Assembly (NCBI GenBank): GCA_963709345.1
Contig: CAVPVX010000007.1
Coordinates: 608,001-672,000 of the forward strand
Reading direction: 5' to 3'
Source of the DNA: an uncultured Actinomycetes bacterium
Lineage (GTDB): Bacteria; Actinomycetota; Thermoleophilia; UBA2241
Length of the DNA stretch: 64,000 bases
Positions 48,085-60,713 of this stretch are shown here, in pieces; within the stretch, counting starts at the first letter, position 1, and every line of letters starts with the position of its first letter. The notes beneath the pieces are model-generated. The model made no database searches. It was not told the origin of the DNA and was given only the letters and a program-made list of their open reading frames with translations. The translations under genes and the position numbers were made by a program.

Positions 48085-48705
48085 TTATTTGGAGTACAGC
48101 TCGACGATGAGCTGCTCCTGCACCGGGGCGTCGATCTCGTCGCGCTCGGGAGCGCGCAGGACCTTGCCGGTGAGGTTGTCATGGTCGACCAGGAGCCACG
48201 GCGAGACCGACGACGTGAGATCGGTCGCGGCGCGCACGGTCTCGACGGCCTTGCTGTTGGAGCGCATCGCCACCACGTCGTCAGGGCGGACCTGGTACGA
48301 CGGGATGTCGACCTTCTTGCCGTTGACGGTGAAGTGGGCGTGGCACACCAGCTGACGCGCCTGGCGCCTCGATGCGCCGAAGCCGAGGCGGTACACGACA
48401 TTGTCGAGCCGCATCTCAAGGATGCGCAGAAGGTTCTCGCCGGTGATGCCGTCCTTGCGGCTGGCCATCACGTAATACCGGTGGAACTGCTTCTCGAGCA
48501 CCTGGTAGTAGCGGCGCGCCTTCTGCTTCTCACGCAACTGCAGAAGGTACTCACTCTGCTTGATGCGGCCGCGGCCGTGCTCCCCCGGCGGGTACGAGCG
48601 CCGCTCTACCGCGCACTTGTCCGTGAGGCACCGCTCGCCCTTGAGAAAGAGCTTCTCAGCCTCGCGGCGACACTGCTTGCACTGTGCTGACGTATCTTTC
48701 GCCAC
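48085..48705 (-). CDS. rpsD: 30S ribosomal protein uS4
   Basis: [22 protein letters not shown] and IVELYSK motifs. Confidence 0.97.
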   Translation of the reverse strand: MAKDTSAQCKQCRREAEKLFLKGERCLTDKCAVERRSYPPGEHGRGRIKQSEYLLQLREKQKARRYYQVLEKQFHRYYVMASRKDGITGENLLRILEMRLDNVVYRLGFGASRRQARQLVCHAHFTVNGKKVDIPSYQVRPDDVVAMRSNSKAVETVRAATDLTSSVSPWLLVDHDNLTGKVLRAPERDEIDAPVQEQLIVELYSK

Positions 48706-48715
48706 GTAGACCTTC

Positions 48716-49114
48716 CTAGACCCTGCGACGCTTGCGCGGGCGGCAGCCGTTGTGCGGCACCGGCGTCACGTCTTTGACACTGATGATCTCGAGGCCGGCG
48801 GCCTGCAGCGACCGCACGGCGGTCTCGCGGCCCGAACCCGGGCCACGCACGAAGACCTCGACCTTCTGGAGACCCTGCTCCATGCCCTTCTTGGCGCATG
48901 ACTCCGCCGTCACCTGTGCGGCGAACGGCGTGCTCTTGCGCGAACCCTTGAAGCCGACCGATCCGGCGCTCTCCCACGCGATGACGTTGCCCTCTTTGTC
49001 GGTGAGCGTCACCAGCGTGTTGTTGAACGACGTCTTGATGTGCGCCTGGCCGACGGCGATGTTCTTGCGGACCTTGCGCCGCTGACGACCCTTGGCTCTC
49101 TGAGGCTTAGCCAC
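48716..49114 (-). CDS. rpsK: 30S ribosomal protein uS11
   Basis: RKSTPFAAQ and [12 protein letters not shown] motifs. Confidence 0.97.
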   Translation of the reverse strand: MAKPQRAKGRQRRKVRKNIAVGQAHIKTSFNNTLVTLTDKEGNVIAWESAGSVGFKGSRKSTPFAAQVTAESCAKKGMEQGLQKVEVFVRGPGSGRETAVRSLQAAGLEIISVKDVTPVPHNGCRPRKRRRV

Positions 49115-49143
49115 TCTGCTCTACTCCTCCGCTACTGGTGCGG

Positions 49144-49515
49144 TCACTTCTTGCGCTTGCCGCTGATCGTCCTCTTCGGACCCTTGCGAGAGCGCGCGTT
49201 GGTGCGCGTGCGCTGCCCGTTCACCGGCATGCCGCGACGGTGGCGGATGCCCCGGTAGCAGCCGATGTCCATGAGCCGCTTGATGTTCTGGGAGCGCTCG
49301 CGGCGCAGGTCGCCCTCGACCGTGACTTCACGGTCGATGGCGTCGCGGAGCCGGATGATCTCCTCTTCGGTGAGATCACGCACCTTGGTGTTCGGGTCGA
49401 TGCCCACGACACCGAGGACCTTGTTGGACGTCGACCGCCCGACACCGTAGATGTACGTGAGACCGATCTCGACCCGCTTCTGCGGCGGGATGTTGACGCC
49501 TGAGATACGTGCCAT
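49144..49515 (-). CDS. rpsM: 30S ribosomal protein uS13
   Basis: MARISGV and GQRTRTNAR motifs. Confidence 0.97.
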   Translation of the reverse strand: MARISGVNIPPQKRVEIGLTYIYGVGRSTSNKVLGVVGIDPNTKVRDLTEEEIIRLRDAIDREVTVEGDLRRERSQNIKRLMDIGCYRGIRHRRGMPVNGQRTRTNARSRKGPKRTISGKRKK

Positions 49516-49521
49516 GCGGAC

Positions 49522-49635
49522 TTACCCCTGCCTCTGACGATGACGCGGGTTCGAGCAGATCACCTGCACGGTACCGCGCCGGCGGATGATCTTGCACTTC
49601 TCGCACATCTGCTTGACTGAAGCTCTTACCTTCAT
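49522..49635 (-). CDS. rpmJ: 50S ribosomal protein bL36
   Basis: Manual translation [37 protein letters not shown]; below the ORF-track size cutoff. Confidence 0.96.
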   Translation of the reverse strand: MKVRASVKQMCEKCKIIRRRGTVQVICSNPRHRQRQG

Positions 49636-49707
49636 CGGTGATCCTCGCTTGTGCACGCGGTGCGCCTGAGGCCCCGCGCGCCGCCTCCGGGCGACCGCGC
49701 GCGGCCG

Positions 49708-49929
49708 CTACTTGAACCGGTACGTGATCCTGCCCCTGCTGAGGTCGTAGGGCGACAGTTCCACCTTGACCCTGTCTCCGGGCAGGATGCGGATGTAGTT
49801 CATGCGCATCTTGCCGGAGATGTGGGCGAGCACTTCGTGGTTGTTGTCGAGGTGAACGCGGAACATCGTGTTCGGCAACGCCTCGACAACCTCGCCCTCG
49901 ATCTCGATGGCTTCTTCTTTGTTCGCCAT
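49708..49929 (-). CDS. infA: Translation initiation factor IF-1
   Basis: [10 protein letters not shown] and [17 protein letters not shown] motifs. Confidence 0.97.
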   Translation of the reverse strand: MANKEEAIEIEGEVVEALPNTMFRVHLDNNHEVLAHISGKMRMNYIRILPGDRVKVELSPYDLSRGRITYRFK

Positions 49930-49961
49930 GCTCCCTACTCGTCGACAGACAGCGGCCTGAC

Positions 49962-49970
49962 ATACTACCA
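49962..49970 (-). promoter_or_regulatory. Internal extended -10 promoter (TGgTAGTAT) before infA
   Basis: Lies in the map-infA intergenic gap. Confidence 0.5.
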
Positions 49971-50042
49971 TAAACCATGGGGCCCACAAACCCCACCATC
50001 CACGGCGGCGCGGCGGCCGAGGCCCGCGCCGTTCCCACGACG

Positions 50043-50816
50043 CTACACCGCTGCGCCACCATTCTCCGACCGGCGGCGCGTGAACACCCGCGGCGCCTTC
50101 TTGCCGACGCCCACCGTGTGCTCGAAGTGCGCCGAGAGCGAACCGTCGGCGGTGTGGATGGCCCACCCGTCGTCCGCGACGACCACCTCGTGCCCGCCGG
50201 CGTCGACCATCGGCTCGATGGCGAAGACCATGCCCTCCTCGAGTCGCGGGCCGCGCCCGGGATCCCCGTAGTTGGGGATCTGCGGGTCTTCGTGCATCTC
50301 CTTGCCCACACCGTGCCCGACCAGCGAGCGCACCACGCTGAAGCCCGCGGCCTCGACCACTTCCTGGATCGCATGCGAGATGTCACCCAACCGGCGGCCG
50401 TCTCGACACTCCGCGAGTCCGGCCTCCAGCGACTCCGCCGTCACCTCGGCCAGGCGGCGCGCCTCGGCTTCGACGAAGCCGATGAGGAGCGTTTGAGCCG
50501 AGTCGGCGATGTAACCGTCGAGCGTCACCCCGACGTCCAGGCTGAGCAGGTCTCCCTCCGCCACGCGATAGTCGCCGGGGATCCCGTGCACGACCATGTC
50601 GTTCGGCGAGGCGCAGATCGAGCCCGGAAAGCCCTGGTAGCCGAGGAACGTCGGGGTCCCGCCGCGCTCCCTGATGAAACGCTCGGCGAGCGCGTCCAGT
50701 TCCCCGGTCGTCATGCCCGGCCGAGCCGCGTCCGCAAGCGCGTCGAGGCAGTCGGCGAGGATCGCACCGGCAGCTGCGATCTTAGCGAGCTCGGTTGCCG
50801 ACCTGCGGACGATCAC
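50043..50816 (-). CDS. map: Type I methionine aminopeptidase
   Basis: VVHGIP, GHGVG, HEDP, AIEPM and SAHFEHTV motifs. Confidence 0.96.
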   Translation of the reverse strand: MIVRRSATELAKIAAAGAILADCLDALADAARPGMTTGELDALAERFIRERGGTPTFLGYQGFPGSICASPNDMVVHGIPGDYRVAEGDLLSLDVGVTLDGYIADSAQTLLIGFVEAEARRLAEVTAESLEAGLAECRDGRRLGDISHAIQEVVEAAGFSVVRSLVGHGVGKEMHEDPQIPNYGDPGRGPRLEEGMVFAIEPMVDAGGHEVVVADDGWAIHTADGSLSAHFEHTVGVGKKAPRVFTRRRSENGGAAV

Positions 50817-50822
50817 GCGGTG

Positions 50823-51491
50823 TCAGTCACCGGAGAGGATGCGCTCGACGTGCGCGTAAACGTCATCCGGCATCTTCCCGCCGCCGAACACGCTGTCGAG
50901 CACGTGGCGCTCCGTGTAGTACTCGACGAGAGGGGCGGTCTGCCGCTCGTACACCTCGAGCCGGTTGCGTACGGTCTCCTCGTTGTCATCGGCGCGCTGG
51001 ACGAGGGTGCCGCCGCAGGCGTCGCAGATGCCGTCCGCTTCCGGCGGATCGAAGGTCACGTTGTAGGGCTTGCCGCAGGCGCCGCACGACCGTCGGCCGG
51101 CGAGTCGCTCCACCAGTTCATCGGCGGGAACGTCGATGAGCACGACGTGAGTGATGGCCCTGCCGGCCTCCGCGAGTATCCCGTCGAGGCGCTCGGCCTG
51201 GGCGATGGTGCGCGGGAAGCCGTCGAGCAGAAAGCCCTCGCGAGCGTCCGGCTCGGCCAGCCGCTCCCGGACCACACCGATCACGACTTCGTCGGGGACG
51301 AGAGAGCCGGAGTCAATGTGCTTCTGCGCTTCACGACCCATGTCGGTGCCATTGGCAACGGCGTCACGCAGCATCTCACCGGTCGAGATGTGCGGAAGTC
51401 CGTATGCCGCCACGATACGCTCGGCCTGCGTCCCCTTTCCGGCGCCGGGGGCGCCGAGGAGGACGATGTTGCGTGCTGTCGGCCGTGTCAT
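50823..51491 (-). CDS. adk: Adenylate kinase (zinc lid)
   Basis: GAPGAGKGTQA and LDGFPRT motifs; CxxC..CxxC lid. Confidence 0.97.
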   Translation of the reverse strand: MTRPTARNIVLLGAPGAGKGTQAERIVAAYGLPHISTGEMLRDAVANGTDMGREAQKHIDSGSLVPDEVVIGVVRERLAEPDAREGFLLDGFPRTIAQAERLDGILAEAGRAITHVVLIDVPADELVERLAGRRSCGACGKPYNVTFDPPEADGICDACGGTLVQRADDNEETVRNRLEVYERQTAPLVEYYTERHVLDSVFGGGKMPDDVYAHVERILSGD

Positions 51492-51498
51492 CGCACTC

Positions 51499-52764
51499 CT
51501 ACTTGAGGAAGCCCTCGTAGTGCCGCATGAGGAGTTGAGCTTCCATCTGCCGCATGGTGTCGAGCGCCACGCCGACGACGATCAGGAGCGAGGTGCCGCC
51601 GAAGTAGAACGGCACATTGACCGGCGGGCGCGACAGCAGCCAGGGCAGCACCGCCAGGGAGGCCAGGAAGAGGGCCCCTGGGAAGGTGAGCCGCGTCAGG
51701 ATACGGTCGAGGAACTCGGCCGTGGGCCGGCCGGGGCGCACACCAGGGATGAACCCGCCGTACTTCTTGAGATTGTCGGCCTGGTCGATCGGGTTGAACG
51801 TCACGGCCGTGTAGAAGTACGTGAAGATGATGATGAGGATGGCCTCGCCGATGATGTACAGGACCGTGCTCGGCCCGAACATCCGCGTGAACCACCCACC
51901 GATGCCGTCGGTGCCCAGGAACTGCGCGAACGTGGGCACGATCATCATCACCGACGAGGCGAAGATGACGGGGATCACGCCAGCCATGTTCACCTTGAGC
52001 GGGATGAACGTGCTGGTACCGCCCATCATGCGGCGCCCCACGACGCGCTTGGCGTACTGCACCGGGACGCGGCGCTCACCGGTCGTGATCCAGATGACCC
52101 CGACGACGACGGCCAGGGCGATGATGCCGAAGAGAAGGATCGGGAGCAGGCTCATCGTGAACAACTGCGCGGCGCCCGACGGGATGCTCGAGACGATACT
52201 GATGAAGATGATGATCGACATGCCGTTGCCGATGCCCCGCGCAGTGATGAGCTCGCCGAGCCACATGACCATCACGGCGCCGGCGACCAGGCTCGTGATG
52301 ATGAGCGCCGCCCGCCACCAGTTGAGGTCCGGCAGGGCATTGTACTGGCGGAACAGGGCGATGTAGCCCACCGACTGTACGAGCGAGAGGGCCACGGTGA
52401 GCCAGCGCGTGTACTTGGTGATCTGCTTCTGGCCCTGCTCGCCCTCTTTGGCCAGCTCCTCGAGCTTGGGAATCACGACGGTGAGGAGCTGCATGATGAT
52501 CGACGCGGTGATGTACGGCATGATGCCGAGCGCAAAGACGGCGACGCGCGCGAGCGCGCCGCCTGAGAACAGGTCAAGGAACCCGACGACCCCGGCTCCA
52601 CCCTCCTCGAAGAACTGCTTGAGCGCGCCGATGTCGATACCCGGGACGGGCACGTACGCGCCGAACCTGTAGATCGCCACCATCCCCGCCGTGAAGAGGA
52701 GCTTCGTGCGAAGCTCCGGGATCATCCAGGCGTTGGTGAGCGACTGCCACAGCTTGTTGTTCAC
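51499..52764 (-). CDS. secY: Preprotein translocase SecY
   Basis: LGIMPYITASII, GIGNG, IPGVRPG and GGTSLLI motifs. Confidence 0.97.
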   Translation of the reverse strand: MNNKLWQSLTNAWMIPELRTKLLFTAGMVAIYRFGAYVPVPGIDIGALKQFFEEGGAGVVGFLDLFSGGALARVAVFALGIMPYITASIIMQLLTVVIPKLEELAKEGEQGQKQITKYTRWLTVALSLVQSVGYIALFRQYNALPDLNWWRAALIITSLVAGAVMVMWLGELITARGIGNGMSIIIFISIVSSIPSGAAQLFTMSLLPILLFGIIALAVVVGVIWITTGERRVPVQYAKRVVGRRMMGGTSTFIPLKVNMAGVIPVIFASSVMMIVPTFAQFLGTDGIGGWFTRMFGPSTVLYIIGEAILIIIFTYFYTAVTFNPIDQADNLKKYGGFIPGVRPGRPTAEFLDRILTRLTFPGALFLASLAVLPWLLSRPPVNVPFYFGGTSLLIVVGVALDTMRQMEAQLLMRHYEGFLK

Positions 52765-52786
52765 AGCCCCATCCCCCCGACGCGTT

Positions 52787-53263
52787 TCAGAGGAGCTCGG
52801 CCTTGCCGCCGGCCGCCTCGATCTTCTCGACGGCGCTGCGAGAGTACATGTGGACGCGGACGTTCAGCGCCACAGGGAGCTCTCCACCGCCGAGCACCTT
52901 GATCGGCGTGCGCGTGTTCTTGACTATGCCCTTGGCGACGAGCGCTTCCGGGGTGACCTCGTCACCGGCCGAGAAGGCGTTCGCCAGCCGGCCGACGTTG
53001 ACCGGCACCGCAAAGGTCCGGAACGGGCCGATCGGCATGCTCTTCTTCATGTGGGGCCCGCGAAGTTTGCCGAGACGCATGTAGAGCGGCATCTGGCCGC
53101 CTTCGTAGCCCGGGCGCACACCTCCGCCGGAGCGGGCATTGTATCCCTTGTGCCCCTTGCCCGACGTCTTGCCCTGGCCGGAGCCCTTGCCGCGACCGAG
53201 ACGCTTGGTCGCTTTGGTCGAGCCGGGGTTGGGGCGCAGGTTATGGAGTCCTAGTTCAGCCAT
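52787..53263 (-). CDS. rplO: 50S ribosomal protein uL15
   Basis: GRGKGSG and EGGQMPL motifs. Confidence 0.96.
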   Translation of the reverse strand: MAELGLHNLRPNPGSTKATKRLGRGKGSGQGKTSGKGHKGYNARSGGGVRPGYEGGQMPLYMRLGKLRGPHMKKSMPIGPFRTFAVPVNVGRLANAFSAGDEVTPEALVAKGIVKNTRTPIKVLGGGELPVALNVRVHMYSRSAVEKIEAAGGKAELL

Positions 53264-53264
53264 G

Positions 53265-53459
53265 TCACGACTTCTTCGCTGCCGGGCGCACCTCGAGGAG
53301 GTACGCGACCTTGTTCACCATGCCGCGGATCACGGGGGTGTCCTCGTGGACCACGGTGTGACGGATCCTCTTCAGGCCGAGGGCGCGAAGCGTGCCGCGG
53401 TGATCGGGCTTGCGACCGATCGCGCTCTTGACCTGGGTGATCTCGAGGTAGCTCGTCAT
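53265..53459 (-). CDS. rpmD: 50S ribosomal protein uL30
   Basis: [18 protein letters not shown]. Confidence 0.95.
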   Translation of the reverse strand: MTSYLEITQVKSAIGRKPDHRGTLRALGLKRIRHTVVHEDTPVIRGMVNKVAYLLEVRPAAKKS

Positions 53460-53464
53460 ACGCC

Positions 53465-54025
53465 TCAGGCCTCCTTGGCGGGAGCGGCGGCCTCTGCGGC
53501 CTCCGGCACACGCTGGTCGAGGCCGAGCACCTGGGCCACCGAGATGCCGCGCAGGCGCGCCTGGCCCTCGGGCGTCTTCAGGGACTGGAGCCCCGCGACG
53601 GTGGCACGCACCAGGTTGATCGGGTTCGTCGTGCCGAGCGACTTGGTCAGGATGTCGCGCACGCCGGCGAGCTCGAGCACGGCGCGAACGCCGCCGGCGG
53701 CGATGACGCCGGTACCCGGCGCGGCCGGCTTGAGCAGCACGCGCGCCGCACCGAAGCGGCCCGTCACCTGATGGGTGGTCGTCGTGCCGTTGTAGCGGGG
53801 CACGGTGAACAGGTTCTTCTTCGCGTCTTCGATCGCCTTCTGGATCGCCAGCGGCACTTCGCGCGCCTTGCCGTAGCCGGCGCCCACATGACCGTTCTCG
53901 TCACCGACGACGACCAGAGCCGTGAAGGAGAACCGCCGGCCGCCTTTGACGACTTTGGCGACGCGGTTGATGTCGACGACGCGCTCTTTGAGCTCGTTGC
54001 CTTCGCTGAATGATCCTCTAGCCAC
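53465..54025 (-). CDS. rpsE: 30S ribosomal protein uS5
   Basis: [15 protein letters not shown]. Confidence 0.97.
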   Translation of the reverse strand: MARGSFSEGNELKERVVDINRVAKVVKGGRRFSFTALVVVGDENGHVGAGYGKAREVPLAIQKAIEDAKKNLFTVPRYNGTTTTHQVTGRFGAARVLLKPAAPGTGVIAAGGVRAVLELAGVRDILTKSLGTTNPINLVRATVAGLQSLKTPEGQARLRGISVAQVLGLDQRVPEAAEAAAPAKEA

Positions 54026-54043
54026 GGGGTCCTATTCTCCTTG

Positions 54044-54397
54044 TCAGAAAACCAGGCCGCCCTCGCGGGCGCCCTCGGCGAGAGCCTTGACTCGGCCGTG
54101 ATACAGATAGCCTGAGCGATCGAACACGACGCGCTCGACGCCCTTGTCTTTGGCCCTCTGCGCCAGAAGCTCGCCGACTCTCTTGGCGACCTCGGCCTTC
54201 TTGAGCCCGGCGCCGTCGATCTCGGCGGAGCGGGCGGCGACGATCGTCGCCGCGGCGCCGTCGTCGACGAGCTGGGCGTAGATCGCGCGGTTCGAGCGGA
54301 ACACCGAGACGCGCGGGCGCTCGGTCGTACCCTCGATGCGCCCGCGGATGCGGCGCTTGCGCCGGGTGCGGGCTTCTCTGATGCTTTGTACGCTCAT
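54044..54397 (-). CDS. rplR: 50S ribosomal protein uL18
   Basis: [16 protein letters not shown]. Confidence 0.96.
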   Translation of the reverse strand: MSVQSIREARTRRKRRIRGRIEGTTERPRVSVFRSNRAIYAQLVDDGAAATIVAARSAEIDGAGLKKAEVAKRVGELLAQRAKDKGVERVVFDRSGYLYHGRVKALAEGAREGGLVF

Positions 54398-54429
54398 CTT
54401 CTGGTCGTTCCTCTTCTCTCAGGCAGCGC

Positions 54430-54963
54430 CTAGGCGCGCTTGCCGACCTTGCGCTGGACGTACTCGCCGGAGTACCGGATGCCCTTGCCCTTGTACGGCT
54501 CGGGCGGCCGGACGGACCGCACCTTGGCGGCGATCTCGCCGACGACCTGCTTGTCGATACCCTTCACGACGACCACGGTGGCCTGCGGCGTCTCGAAGAC
54601 GATGTGCTCCGGCGGCTCGATGAGCACCGGGTGACTGTAGCCGACCAGCAGCTCGAGGTCGTTGCCCTTGAGGCTGGCGCGGTAGCCGACGCCCACGATC
54701 TCGAGACGCTTCTCGAAACCGTCGGTGACGCCGGTCACCATATTGGCTATCAGCGTGCGCGTGAGTCCGTGCAGCGAGCGATGCTGACCGCTGTCGGTGG
54801 GTCGCTTGACCGCGATGACGCCGTCGGCGACCTCGACGATCATCTCGCGCGGGACCCTCTGGGTGAGTTCACCCTTCGGGCCTTTCACTGTGACGACGGC
54901 GTTGTCGTACTTGAAGTCCACGCCGTCGGGCAGCGGGATGGGTGCTCTTCCGATCCTCGACAT
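54430..54963 (-). CDS. rplF: 50S ribosomal protein uL6
   Basis: MSRIG and RPPEPYKGKGIRY motifs. Confidence 0.97.
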   Translation of the reverse strand: MSRIGRAPIPLPDGVDFKYDNAVVTVKGPKGELTQRVPREMIVEVADGVIAVKRPTDSGQHRSLHGLTRTLIANMVTGVTDGFEKRLEIVGVGYRASLKGNDLELLVGYSHPVLIEPPEHIVFETPQATVVVVKGIDKQVVGEIAAKVRSVRPPEPYKGKGIRYSGEYVQRKVGKRA

Positions 54964-54972
54964 GTGCCGTCC

Positions 54973-55371
<399 letters not shown>

Positions 55372-55384
55372 GATCCTCGCCTCC

Positions 55385-55570
55385 TCACCAGCTCGACTTG
55401 GTCAGACCGGGGATGACGCCCTGGTGCGCGACCTCGCGCAGGCAGATGCGGCAGAGCCCGAACTTGCGGTAGTACGCACGCGGCCGACCGCATCGCTGGC
55501 AGCGGTTGTACTCGCGCGTCTTGTAGCGCTGCTTGCGCCCGGCTTTCACCACGAGGGATGTCTTGGCCAT
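55385..55570 (-). CDS. rpsZ: 30S ribosomal protein uS14 (zinc type Z)
   Basis: RCQRCGR..LCRIC. Confidence 0.95.
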   Translation of the reverse strand: MAKTSLVVKAGRKQRYKTREYNRCQRCGRPRAYYRKFGLCRICLREVAHQGVIPGLTKSSW

Positions 55571-55583
55571 GCTTCAGATGCTC

Positions 55584-56132
55584 CTAGTTCGAACGGAACG
55601 GCATGCCGAGCTTGGTCAGCAGAGCACGCCCCTCCTCGTCCGTCTTGGCGGTCGTCGTGATCACGATGTTGAGACCGCGGAACTCCTCCACCGAGTCGTA
55701 GTCGATCTCGGGGAAGATCGTCTGCTCGCGCACGCCCATGGCGAAGTTGCCACGACCGTCGAACTGGTCCGGCGAGATGCCGCGGAAGTCGCGGATGCGC
55801 GGCAGCGCGATGGACACGAGACGGTCGATCATCTCGTACATACGCTCACCGCGCAGCGTCACGCGACAGCCGATGGACATGCCCTCGCGGAGCTTGAAGC
55901 TGGCGATCGACCGGCGCGCCTTGGTGATGGCCGGCCGCTGGCCGGCGATCAGAGCGAGCTCCTCGACGGCTTCGTCCAGCAGCTTCGCATTGGTCTTCGC
56001 CTCACCGACACCCATGTTGAGGGTCACCTTGGTGACGCGAGGGACCTCCATCACGTTGTGATAGCCGAGCTCCTCTTTGAGCTCGGGCACGATCTCGCTG
56101 AAATACTTTTCCTTGAGCCTGGCCATCGTCAC
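55584..56132 (-). CDS. rplE: 50S ribosomal protein uL5
   Basis: [15 protein letters not shown] and FDGRGN motifs. Confidence 0.97.
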   Translation of the reverse strand: MTMARLKEKYFSEIVPELKEELGYHNVMEVPRVTKVTLNMGVGEAKTNAKLLDEAVEELALIAGQRPAITKARRSIASFKLREGMSIGCRVTLRGERMYEMIDRLVSIALPRIRDFRGISPDQFDGRGNFAMGVREQTIFPEIDYDSVEEFRGLNIVITTTAKTDEEGRALLTKLGMPFRSN

Positions 56133-56471
56133 TTACGCCTTGTCGATGTCTTTGCCGCAATTCTCGCGACGGCACTTGCGGACCTTGCCGCCACCCTCGA
56201 GCAGCCGGTACCCCACGCGGGTGGGCTGGCCGCAGGCGGGGCAGACGACCATCACGTTCGACACATCGATGGGCGCCTCGCGCTCGATGACTCCGCCTTG
56301 CGGGTTCTTCTTCGGGTTGGGCTTGGTGTGCTTCTTGACCATGTTGAGCCGCTCGAGGAAGACGCGACCCTTCTCGGTGTCGACGCGCATCACCTTGCCG
56401 GTCTTGCCGGATTCCTTGCCGCTGACGACCTTGACCTGGTCGCCCTTCTTCACCTTGATCTTGCTCATCAC
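56133..56471 (-). CDS. rplX: 50S ribosomal protein uL24
   Basis: [12 protein letters not shown] and EAPIDVSNV motifs. Confidence 0.96.
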   Translation of the reverse strand: MMSKIKVKKGDQVKVVSGKESGKTGKVMRVDTEKGRVFLERLNMVKKHTKPNPKKNPQGGVIEREAPIDVSNVMVVCPACGQPTRVGYRLLEGGGKVRKCRRENCGKDIDKA

Positions 56472-56836
56472 AGCACCTCAGGAGCGAGCGACACGATCTT
56501 CATGAAGTTCTTCTCGCGCAGCTCGCGAGCGACGGGACCGAAGATGCGGGTCCCTCGCGGGTTGTTCTGGTTGTCGATGAGGACGGCGGCGTTCTCGTCG
56601 AACGCGATGTAGGTGCCGTCTTTGCGACCGTATTCCTTCTTGGTACGCACGATGACCGCGCGCACGACTTCGCCCTTCTTCACGCTGCCGCCGGGCGTGG
56701 CGACCTTGACGGTACCGACGATGATGTCGCCGACCGTGCCGTAGCGCCGCCTGGAGCCGCCACGGATCCGGATACAGAGGATCTCGCGCGCGCCCGTGTT
56801 GTCGGCGACTCGTAGTCTGGACTCAACCTGGATCAT
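56468..56836 (-). CDS. rplN: 50S ribosomal protein uL14
   Basis: VADNTGA and [12 protein letters not shown] motifs. Confidence 0.97.
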   Translation of the reverse strand: MIQVESRLRVADNTGAREILCIRIRGGSRRRYGTVGDIIVGTVKVATPGGSVKKGEVVRAVIVRTKKEYGRKDGTYIAFDENAAVLIDNQNNPRGTRIFGPVARELREKNFMKIVSLAPEVL

Positions 56837-56857
56837 TTGCTTCCTCTGCCGGCTTTC

Positions 56858-57313
56858 TTACTTGGCCTTCTCGAGTATCTCGAGGAGGCGCCAACGCTTC
56901 ATCGCGCTCAGCGGACGCGTCTCGACGACTCTCACGAGATCGCCGACGCCGGCCGCGTTCTGCTCATCATGGGCGTGGAGCTTGCTCGAGCGGCGAACGA
57001 CCTTGCCGTACCGCTTGTGCGTCTGCGCCACGTCGATGCGTACCACGATCGTCTTGTCCATGCCGTCGCCGACGACGATGCCGCGACGTTCCTTGCGACC
57101 CGGCACCTTCTCGGGCGCCTTGCGCTCGGCCTTCGCCTTGCCACGCGCCGCCGAGACCTTCTTCGCCGGCTTGACGGCGGGAGCGGCGGTCTTCTTGGCG
57201 GCGGTCTTCTTGGGGGCCGCCTTCTTCGCTGTGGCCTTCTTGGCCGCCGGCTTGCGCGCCGCGGACTGCTTCTGAGCGGGCTTGCCGCTGTCTGTCTTCT
57301 TCGTCGTTGCCAT
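56858..57313 (-). CDS. rpsQ: 30S ribosomal protein uS17 with Lys/Ala-rich N-terminal extension
   Basis: MDKTIVV, HDE and ETRPLS..KRW motifs. Confidence 0.95.
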   Translation of the reverse strand: MATTKKTDSGKPAQKQSAARKPAAKKATAKKAAPKKTAAKKTAAPAVKPAKKVSAARGKAKAERKAPEKVPGRKERRGIVVGDGMDKTIVVRIDVAQTHKRYGKVVRRSSKLHAHDEQNAAGVGDLVRVVETRPLSAMKRWRLLEILEKAK

Positions 57314-57528
57314 CAGGCTTCACCACCGGCTGCCTTGCGTACACGCTCGCGTTCGGCCTGCATGGTGAGCAGGCGAGCGATCTCGCGGCGCGTCGCGTTC
57401 AATTGATGCGGGTTGTCGAGCTGCCCGGTGGCGTGCTGGAAGCGCAGGTTGAAGAGCTCCTTACGCGTATCCTTGAGGCGCACGACGAGCTCGTCGTCGG
57501 AGAGCTCCCGGAGCTTGCTAGCCTTCAA
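57313..57528 (-). CDS. rpmC: 50S ribosomal protein uL29
   Basis: [14 protein letters not shown]. Confidence 0.96.
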   Translation of the reverse strand: MKASKLRELSDDELVVRLKDTRKELFNLRFQHATGQLDNPHQLNATRREIARLLTMQAERERVRKAAGGEA

Positions 57529-57943
57529 AGAGACTGCCCTCCCTCGTCACGAACTTACACTTGATGGGCAGCTTGTGCGCCGCCAGGCGCATGGCCTCGC
57601 GAGCCACCGGCTCGCTCACGCCGGCCAGCTCGAACATGACTTTGCCCGGCTTGACCACGGCCACCCACGACTCAGGCGATCCCTTGCCGCCGCCCATACG
57701 CGTCTCGGCGGCCTTGCGGGTGATCGGCTTGTGCGGGAAGACGTTGATCCAGACCTTGCCGCCACGCTTGATATGGCGCGTCATGGCGATACGAGCGGCC
57801 TCGATCTGGCGGTTCGTTATCCAGCCGCGGTCCATCGCCTTGAGTCCGAACTGCCCGAACTCGACGCTGGTGCCGCCCTTGGCGGTGCCGGCCATACGAC
57901 CGCGCATCTGTTTTCTATGCTTGACTCTCTTCGGCAGGAGCAT
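57518..57943 (-). CDS. rplP: 50S ribosomal protein uL16
   Basis: QIEAAR, RMGGGKG and HKLP motifs. Confidence 0.97.
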   Translation of the reverse strand: MLLPKRVKHRKQMRGRMAGTAKGGTSVEFGQFGLKAMDRGWITNRQIEAARIAMTRHIKRGGKVWINVFPHKPITRKAAETRMGGGKGSPESWVAVVKPGKVMFELAGVSEPVAREAMRLAAHKLPIKCKFVTREGSLFEG

Positions 57944-57961
57944 CGTCTACGTCCTCTCCCG

Positions 57962-58939
57962 TCAGCTCTGCTCGGTCTTGGGCGCGTCGGGCTTGGTCTC
58001 AGGCTTTGGCGCGTCGGCCGGCTTGGCCGAGCGGTTCGGGGCCTGACGACCCATCGGTGCCTTGGGGCCCACGGACGGCCGCTGGCCGCCGGGACCGCGA
58101 TTCTGGCCGCCGGGACCACGCCCGGGACCGCCGGGACCACGACCCGGGCCGCCGGGACCACGCCCGGGACCGCCGGGACGACCGCCGCCAGCTCCGCCGG
58201 GGCGCCCCCCGCCGGGGCCGTCGCGGCGAGGACCGCGCCGGTCGCGGCCGCGGTCGTCGCGGCGCTGGTCGTCGCGCTCCTGGCGGGCCTTGGCCTCGTC
58301 CATCGGGTAACCTTCGGGCAGGATCTCGCCCTTGTTGATCCAGACCTTCACGCCGATGCGGCCGAACGTCGTTCGAGCCTCACGGAACCCGTAGTCGATG
58401 TCGGCGCGAAGTGTGTGCAGCGGTACGCGGCCTTCACTGTAGTGCTCGTTGCGCGCCATCTCCGCGCCGCCCAGACGACCGCCGCAACGGACGCGCATGC
58501 CGGCGGCCCCGGAGCGCATGGCGCTCGTGAGGGCGCGCTTCATGGCGCGACGGAAGCTGACGCGGTTCTCGAGCTGCTCGGCGATGGACTGGGCGACCAG
58601 CACCGCGTCGAGCTCAGGACGCTTGACCTCGATGATGTTCACCTGGACGTTCTTGTGCGTCATGCCGTGAATCTCTTTGCGCAAGGCGTCGACCTCCGAC
58701 CCGCTCTTGCCGATCACGATGCCCGGCCGAGCGGTGTGGATGTCGATGGTGATGTTGTTCTTGTCCTTACGGATGATGATCCGCGAGAGACCGGCGTGAG
58801 AGAGCTTCCCCAGGATGTGCTCGCGGATGTGCTCGTCCTCGGCCAGGAACTCCTTGAACTCTTTCTCCGTGTACCAGTGCGACTTCCAGTCGTGGATGAT
58901 GCCGACGCGGAAGCCGCCCGGATGCACCTTCTGGCCCAT
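57962..58939 (-). CDS. rpsC: 30S ribosomal protein uS3 with Gly/Pro/Arg repeat tail
   Basis: [15 protein letters not shown] and [14 protein letters not shown] motifs. Confidence 0.97.
   Translation of the reverse strand: MGQKVHPGGFRVGIIHDWKSHWYTEKEFKEFLAEDEHIREHILGKLSHAGLSRIIIRKDKNNITIDIHTARPGIVIGKSGSEVDALRKEIHGMTHKNVQVNIIEVKRPELDAVLVAQSIAEQLENRVSFRRAMKRALTSAMRSGAAGMRVRCGGRLGGAEMARNEHYSEGRVPLHTLRADIDYGFREARTTFGRIGVKVWINKGEILPEGYPMDEAKARQERDDQRRDDRGRDRRGPRRDGPGGGRPGGAGGGRPGGPGRGPGGPGRGPGGPGRGPGGQNRGPGGQRPSVGPKAPMGRQAPNRSAKPADAPKPETKPDAPKTEQS
58085..58225. repeat. 21-bp tandem repeats encoding (GPGGPGR)n in the uS3 tail
   Basis: gccgggaccacgcccgggacc-like units repeated several times. Confidence 0.85.
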
Positions 58940-59283
58940 TAGGAACGGCCCTCCCTCTGATCGACCGCGACGGTGATATGACTGCTGCGCTTGCGGATGC
59001 GATTGACGCGGCCCATCGCGCGGAACTGCCACCGCTTGAGGGTAGGACCCTCATCGACGCGAATTTCCTTGACGTACAGGTCATCAGCCGAGAGGGCATT
59101 GTTGTGCTCGGCGTTCGCGACGGCGGAATCGAGCACCGCGGCGACGACACGAGCGGAGTTACGGTTGGCGAAGAAGAGCGTGCTGCGGGCCTCGGCCACG
59201 GACTTGCCGCGGATGAGGTCGGCCGCCTCGCGCGCCTTGCGCGGGGCCACCCTGACGTACTTCGCCTGTGCTCTGACTGCCAT
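58939..59283 (-). CDS. rplV: 50S ribosomal protein uL22
   Basis: SAVANA, EGPTLKR and SHIT motifs. Confidence 0.96.
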   Translation of the reverse strand: MAVRAQAKYVRVAPRKAREAADLIRGKSVAEARSTLFFANRNSARVVAAVLDSAVANAEHNNALSADDLYVKEIRVDEGPTLKRWQFRAMGRVNRIRKRSSHITVAVDQREGRS

Positions 59284-59289
59284 TCCTGC

Positions 59290-59568
59290 TTACCTTCTCG
59301 CCGAGCGGTCGCCCTTGATGTGACCGCGGAACGTCCGGGTGAGCGCGAACTCTCCCAGTTTGTGACCGACCATCGATTCGCTGATGAAGATGGGCACGTG
59401 CTTGCGCCCGTCGTGAACGGCGATGGTGTGACCGACCATGTCGGGGAAGACTGTGGATGCCCGCGACCAGGTCTTGATCATCTTCTTCTGGCCGGCGGCG
59501 TTCATCTGCTCGATGCGCTTGATGAGGCGCTCGTCGACGAACGGACCCTTCTTTGCTGACCTGCTCAA
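59290..59568 (-). CDS. rpsS: 30S ribosomal protein uS19
   Basis: KKGPF, TWSR and GHKLGEF motifs. Confidence 0.97.
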   Translation of the reverse strand: MSRSAKKGPFVDERLIKRIEQMNAAGQKKMIKTWSRASTVFPDMVGHTIAVHDGRKHVPIFISESMVGHKLGEFALTRTFRGHIKGDRSARR

Positions 59569-59583
59569 AAGGTGCCTCCTGCC

Positions 59584-60422
<839 letters not shown>

Positions 60423-60423
<1 letters not shown>

Positions 60424-60710
60424 TACCTGCCCTCGAAGAATTCGATCTTGTCGCCGGGCGCCAGCTGCACAACGGCCTTCTTCCAGGCCGAGGTACGCCC
60501 CTTGGTGACTCCGCGGCGCTTCGGCTTGGGACGGATGTTCGCGGTGGCGACGCCCACGACCGTGACGCCGAACAGCTGCTGGACAGCCTGTGCGATCATC
60601 GTCTTGTGCGCGTCGGGATGCACCTCGAACGTGTACCGGCCGTGGTCTATCTGCGCGTAGCTCTTCTCGCTGATGATCGGCCGGATGATGATCTTCTCTG
60701 CTTCAACCAT
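60423..60710 (-). CDS. rplW: 50S ribosomal protein uL23
   Basis: PIISEK and WKKAVV motifs. Confidence 0.95.
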
Positions 60711-60713
60711 GAC

